From the NCBI GenBank assembly GCA_038842485.1, contig JAWBSP010000019.1:1-19346 (forward strand): DNA of 19,346 bases. Reading direction: 5' to 3'. Below the pieces are notes generated by a model. It saw nothing but the letters and a program-made list of their open reading frames with translations, was not told the DNA's origin and did not search any database. The stretch is from Candidatus Hadarchaeales archaeon. Lineage in GTDB: Archaea; Hadarchaeota; Hadarchaeia; Hadarchaeales; JAWBSP01. Made by a program: the position numbers and the translations under genes. Positions 16,692 through 19,346 of this stretch are shown here, one piece after another (position 1 is the first letter of the stretch; every line of letters begins with the position of its first letter).

Positions 16692-17663
16692 CTACTCCTC
16701 TCGTAGCTTAGCCAGAAAATCCTCTAGAATGTCCTCGCGCCTTCCAGCCGGTTTTCCCACCGCTTTTTTCTTGGGCTTCTCCACCCTTTCCTTCTTGGGT
16801 TTCTCTACCGGTCTCTTTTCCACTCTCTCCCCGATTTTTTTCTCGACATCTGAAATTCCCGCGTCGCACAGGTAGAAGAAAGTCGATCGTCCAGTTGGCA
16901 AATCCTTAGCTTTCACTAGGCGGGCCTCCCGAAGGGGCTCCCCCTCCTTTGGGATGGAGAGTCTGATTATTAGCCTAGAAAAGGAGAGCATCCCCTTTCC
17001 ACCAATTAAATCGATCCCCGATTTAGGCACCACCTGCTCGGCCTCCGCCCGGCTCAGCGAATGCTCTTTCATCAAACTTCTAATCTTTGCCTCCCGCGCC
17101 GTTTGGGTGATCGGGCTCGAGGGCCAGGTGGTCACAAAGGCTGGGCAGTTGTACTCCACCGCGAGCTTTCTGAGCTTCCCTACCTGAAGGTCGAGCTTTC
17201 CTCCCATTTCGAGAATCGCCGGGACCCTCTTCGGCTCTCGGAGCATCTCCCTCCTGTAAATGGCGGTCAGGGAGTCGGCAACGAGCAGGAGTGGTCTCTC
17301 CCCCTTTTCCATTCGCTCGGGAAGCCTTTTGGTGATGTACTCGTGCTGTTCCCCGAAATCGCTCACCTCCTTGAAAACAAGGTGCCGTTTGATCAGCTCT
17401 GGGTCCAATCCGTGCTGCTGCCAGACCTCGGATGCCCTTTCAATGTCCCAACCCCCGTCCCCGTCAACGACGTAAAAATTCGCACCCTCAGGAATCCCGC
17501 CCTTCTGCAACAGGTGTTTCGCTATCCTTGCGATGGTGACGTAGCCGCTGAGGGTGGTTTTCCCGCTCGTGGTGTCACCGTATAGCAAGGTGAGCGCCGC
17601 TGGCTGGATTCCCCCCGTTAGTTCATCTAGAGATTCGATGCCCCAAGAGATCGGGATCTTCAT
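16692..17663 (-). CDS. RecA/RadA-superfamily ATPase, RadB-like paralog (no N-terminal HhH domain), divergent
   Basis: 323 aa. GIESLDELTGG, Walker A GDTTSGKT, Walker B LLLVADSLTAIYR, LRKLAVEYNCPAFVT, IGG, and C-terminal REARLVK...LP.G...F.L...GISD. Confidence 0.88.
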   Translation of the reverse strand: MKIPISWGIESLDELTGGIQPAALTLLYGDTTSGKTTLSGYVTIARIAKHLLQKGGIPEGANFYVVDGDGGWDIERASEVWQQHGLDPELIKRHLVFKEVSDFGEQHEYITKRLPERMEKGERPLLLVADSLTAIYRREMLREPKRVPAILEMGGKLDLQVGKLRKLAVEYNCPAFVTTWPSSPITQTAREAKIRSLMKEHSLSRAEAEQVVPKSGIDLIGGKGMLSFSRLIIRLSIPKEGEPLREARLVKAKDLPTGRSTFFYLCDAGISDVEKKIGERVEKRPVEKPKKERVEKPKKKAVGKPAGRREDILEDFLAKLREE

Positions 17664-17666
17664 TCA

Positions 17667-17708
17667 ACCTCCTGCCTTAATTCGTGTCGAGAATTTAAAA
17701 GCCTCTTT
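17667..17708 (-). promoter_or_regulatory. BRE/TATA promoter and Shine-Dalgarno for the RadB-like gene
   Basis: Minus strand reads AAAGAGG-C-TTTTAAAT (17708-17693), then AGGAGGT (17673-17667) 3 nt before the ATG. Confidence 0.6.
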
Positions 17709-17777
17709 AACCGTTTTGTTTGGTAGGGGTTTCCCGGGCCGGCTTGAGAACCCCGAACAGAAAAGTCTTACGGAGTG

Positions 17778-17785
17778 TTTATAAT
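17778..17785 (+). promoter_or_regulatory. Putative TATA box for rightward transcription
   Basis: TTTATAAT within an AT-rich patch in the divergent intergenic region. Confidence 0.45.
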
Positions 17786-17850
17786 AAATTTGAAGGAAGG
17801 CATGCCGTTCGCGACAGCAAGCAAGTCAATTGTGACATCTGGCTACACAT

Positions 17851-17997
17851 TTGCCCCTCACCTATGGGGAGGCGCGGCGGTCTCGGCGTGCGCTTAAGGT
17901 GGTGGCATTGGTGGTGTTCGTCGTTTTCTTTCTCCTCTTTCTCTCGTTCCTCATCCGCATCCTCGCCAGCTCATTTTTCGTCGATCTGGGTGGTTAA
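17851..17997 (+). CDS. Putative small single-pass membrane protein (48 aa)
   Basis: TTG...TAA ORF not in the track: MPLTYGEARRSRRALKVVALVVFVVFFLLFLSFLIRILASSFFVDLGG. Basic patch followed by a 19-residue hydrophobic helix. Confidence 0.5.
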   Translation: MPLTYGEARRSRRALKVVALVVFVVFFLLFLSFLIRILASSFFVDLGG

Positions 17998-18076
17998 TCC
18001 CAAAATTGAGTCCACGCTGTTGACGGATGCTTTTACACAGAAGTAATTGTTTCCCCCGCGTATTTTTCTGGAGTGC

Positions 18077-19237
18077 ATGTCCGACCACTCACTGATCTTC
18101 GCGGTGCTGGTGGCGCCTATGGTAGTGCTGACCCTCACTGCACTTGCAAGCGGGGAGGTGGCGGTGATGGCGGAGCCGGTGTGGAGTTACCAGACGGGCG
18201 GAGTCGTCACGAGTGTGGCGATTTCCGCGGATGGAAGTAGGGCGGTTGCGGGCAGCGAGGATAACAGGGTTTACTTCTTCTCGACTTCCGGGCTGCTCTG
18301 GAGCAAGGACACGGGGAAGGCCCTCTTTTCGGTAGGCATCTCCTCCTCCGGCGAGCATATAGTTGCTGGTGGGTGGGATGGAAAGGTATACCTTTTCTCA
18401 AGTTCCGGGGATCTCCTGTGGACCAACCAGATTGGTGGCGCCGCCCTAGTTTCCATCTCCTTGGATGGGGGGCACATCGTAGCCAGCGACTCCGAGAATG
18501 TTTACTTCTTCTCCGGCTCGGGGGCCCTGCGGTGGAATTCCCGGATAGGGAACGTTACTTTTTCTTCGATCTCGCCGGACGGAAGGTACGCGGCCGTTGC
18601 CGGTGGGGACGGTAAGCTGTACTTCCTCTCCAGTTCTGGAAATCTTCTCTGGAGCTCTCAAACCGGTGTCTCTAGATGGATGTCTTTCTCTCCCGACAGC
18701 ACTCATCTGGCAGTCTCGAGCGAGAACAGGGTGTACTTGTTCTCCCGTGGTGGGAAGCTCCTCTGGGTGCAGGAACTCCGCGGTTCGGTCTCCTGTGTTG
18801 CCGTCTCCTCGGGAGGCGAGCGCGTTGCGGCTGCCACCCGAGAGCCTAGGATATGCCTGTTCTCTCGCTCGGGCAACCTCCTCTGGAGTTATTACACGGA
18901 TGGATACCTCAATCTGGTCTCCTTACCCTCCGCGGGGCACTGTGTGGCCGCCAGCGGTGTGGATGGCAAAATTTACCTTCTCTCGGATGCTGGAACCCTC
19001 ATCTGGGGGTATCTGTCAGAATGGCAGGTGGGACCTATCTCCATTTCCAAGGATGGGGGGTACGTCGTGGCTGGAAGCAAGGGTGGTACCGTTTATTTTT
19101 TCCGCGGGGTCCAAGAGAGAACAACGGAAGAAGTTTCCACACTCTACCCGATAGTCCTTCCAGCACTAGCAGTTGCCATGATTTCTCTACTGCTGTTGAG
19201 TTACCGACGGAGACGAACCCCAGCCAGAGCGAGATAG
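18077..19237 (+). CDS. Secreted, C-terminally anchored WD40/PQQ-like 8-bladed beta-propeller protein
   Basis: ATG at 18077 with a signal peptide (LIFAVLVAPMVVLTLTALA). Eight ~39-aa repeats LLW......V.IS.DG..VVAG..D..VYLFS.SG. C-terminal TM helix followed by RRRR. Confidence 0.9.
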   Translation: MSDHSLIFAVLVAPMVVLTLTALASGEVAVMAEPVWSYQTGGVVTSVAISADGSRAVAGSEDNRVYFFSTSGLLWSKDTGKALFSVGISSSGEHIVAGGWDGKVYLFSSSGDLLWTNQIGGAALVSISLDGGHIVASDSENVYFFSGSGALRWNSRIGNVTFSSISPDGRYAAVAGGDGKLYFLSSSGNLLWSSQTGVSRWMSFSPDSTHLAVSSENRVYLFSRGGKLLWVQELRGSVSCVAVSSGGERVAAATREPRICLFSRSGNLLWSYYTDGYLNLVSLPSAGHCVAASGVDGKIYLLSDAGTLIWGYLSEWQVGPISISKDGGYVVAGSKGGTVYFFRGVQERTTEEVSTLYPIVLPALAVAMISLLLLSYRRRRTPARAR

Positions 19238-19315
19238 ATAAGACGGTAGGCATGAAGATCAGGGGGAACGGCACACAGAGGAAACGATTAACCCACCAGC
19301 CCCGTGATGTTATGG

Positions 19316-19346
19316 ATGAGGAAAAAACTTACCCTCAAGGTAGAGG
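19316..19346 (+). CDS. Possible start of the next gene (MRKKLTLKVE...), truncated
   Basis: Ten codons open to the window end; loosely reminiscent of archaeal Cdc48 N-termini (L.LKV.EA). Too short to assign. Confidence 0.2.
   Translation, partial: MRKKLTLKVE

Noticed and set aside
17720-18046. 108-aa ORF in the track and a 31-aa ORF at 17802-17897
   Set aside because: Low-complexity, implausible compositions. The 108-aa ORF spans the putative promoter, and the alternative-frame 48-aa membrane ORF explains the sequence better.
1062-19274. Numerous short antisense or alternate-frame ORFs overlapping the main genes
   Set aside because: Shadow ORFs typical of GC-rich coding DNA; no motifs, and nested in or largely overlapping well-supported genes.

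Overview
Archaeal genomic window, GC-rich in coding regions. The archaeal-type PheS/PheT, Pth2, geranylgeranyl reductase and PGF-pre-PGF-like domain support Archaea; a Hadarchaeota/MSBL1-like lineage is only a guess. Left to right: (1) the 3' end of an unknown + strand gene; (2) a ~790-bp AT-richer gap between convergent gene ends carrying about 9 copies of the 18-bp palindrome ACTACGAATATTCGTAGT in two clusters; (3) a minus-strand housekeeping operon (DUF1616-like membrane protein, pth2, thiL, pheS, pheT); (4) a divergent lipid gene pair (geranylgeranyl reductase and an Aur1/PAP2-like phosphoesterase); (5) a giant 2906-aa secreted, membrane-anchored protein made of four super-units of [4 FN3/Ig-like domains + 14-20 copies of a 16-aa Trp repeat]; (6) a divergent RadB-like RecA-family ATPase with altered catalytic motifs; (7) a small membrane ORF absent from the ORF track; (8) a membrane-anchored 8-bladed beta-propeller. 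No tRNA, rRNA, CRISPR array or transposase was seen. The palindrome array and the Trp-repeat surface protein are the best candidates for undescribed biology.
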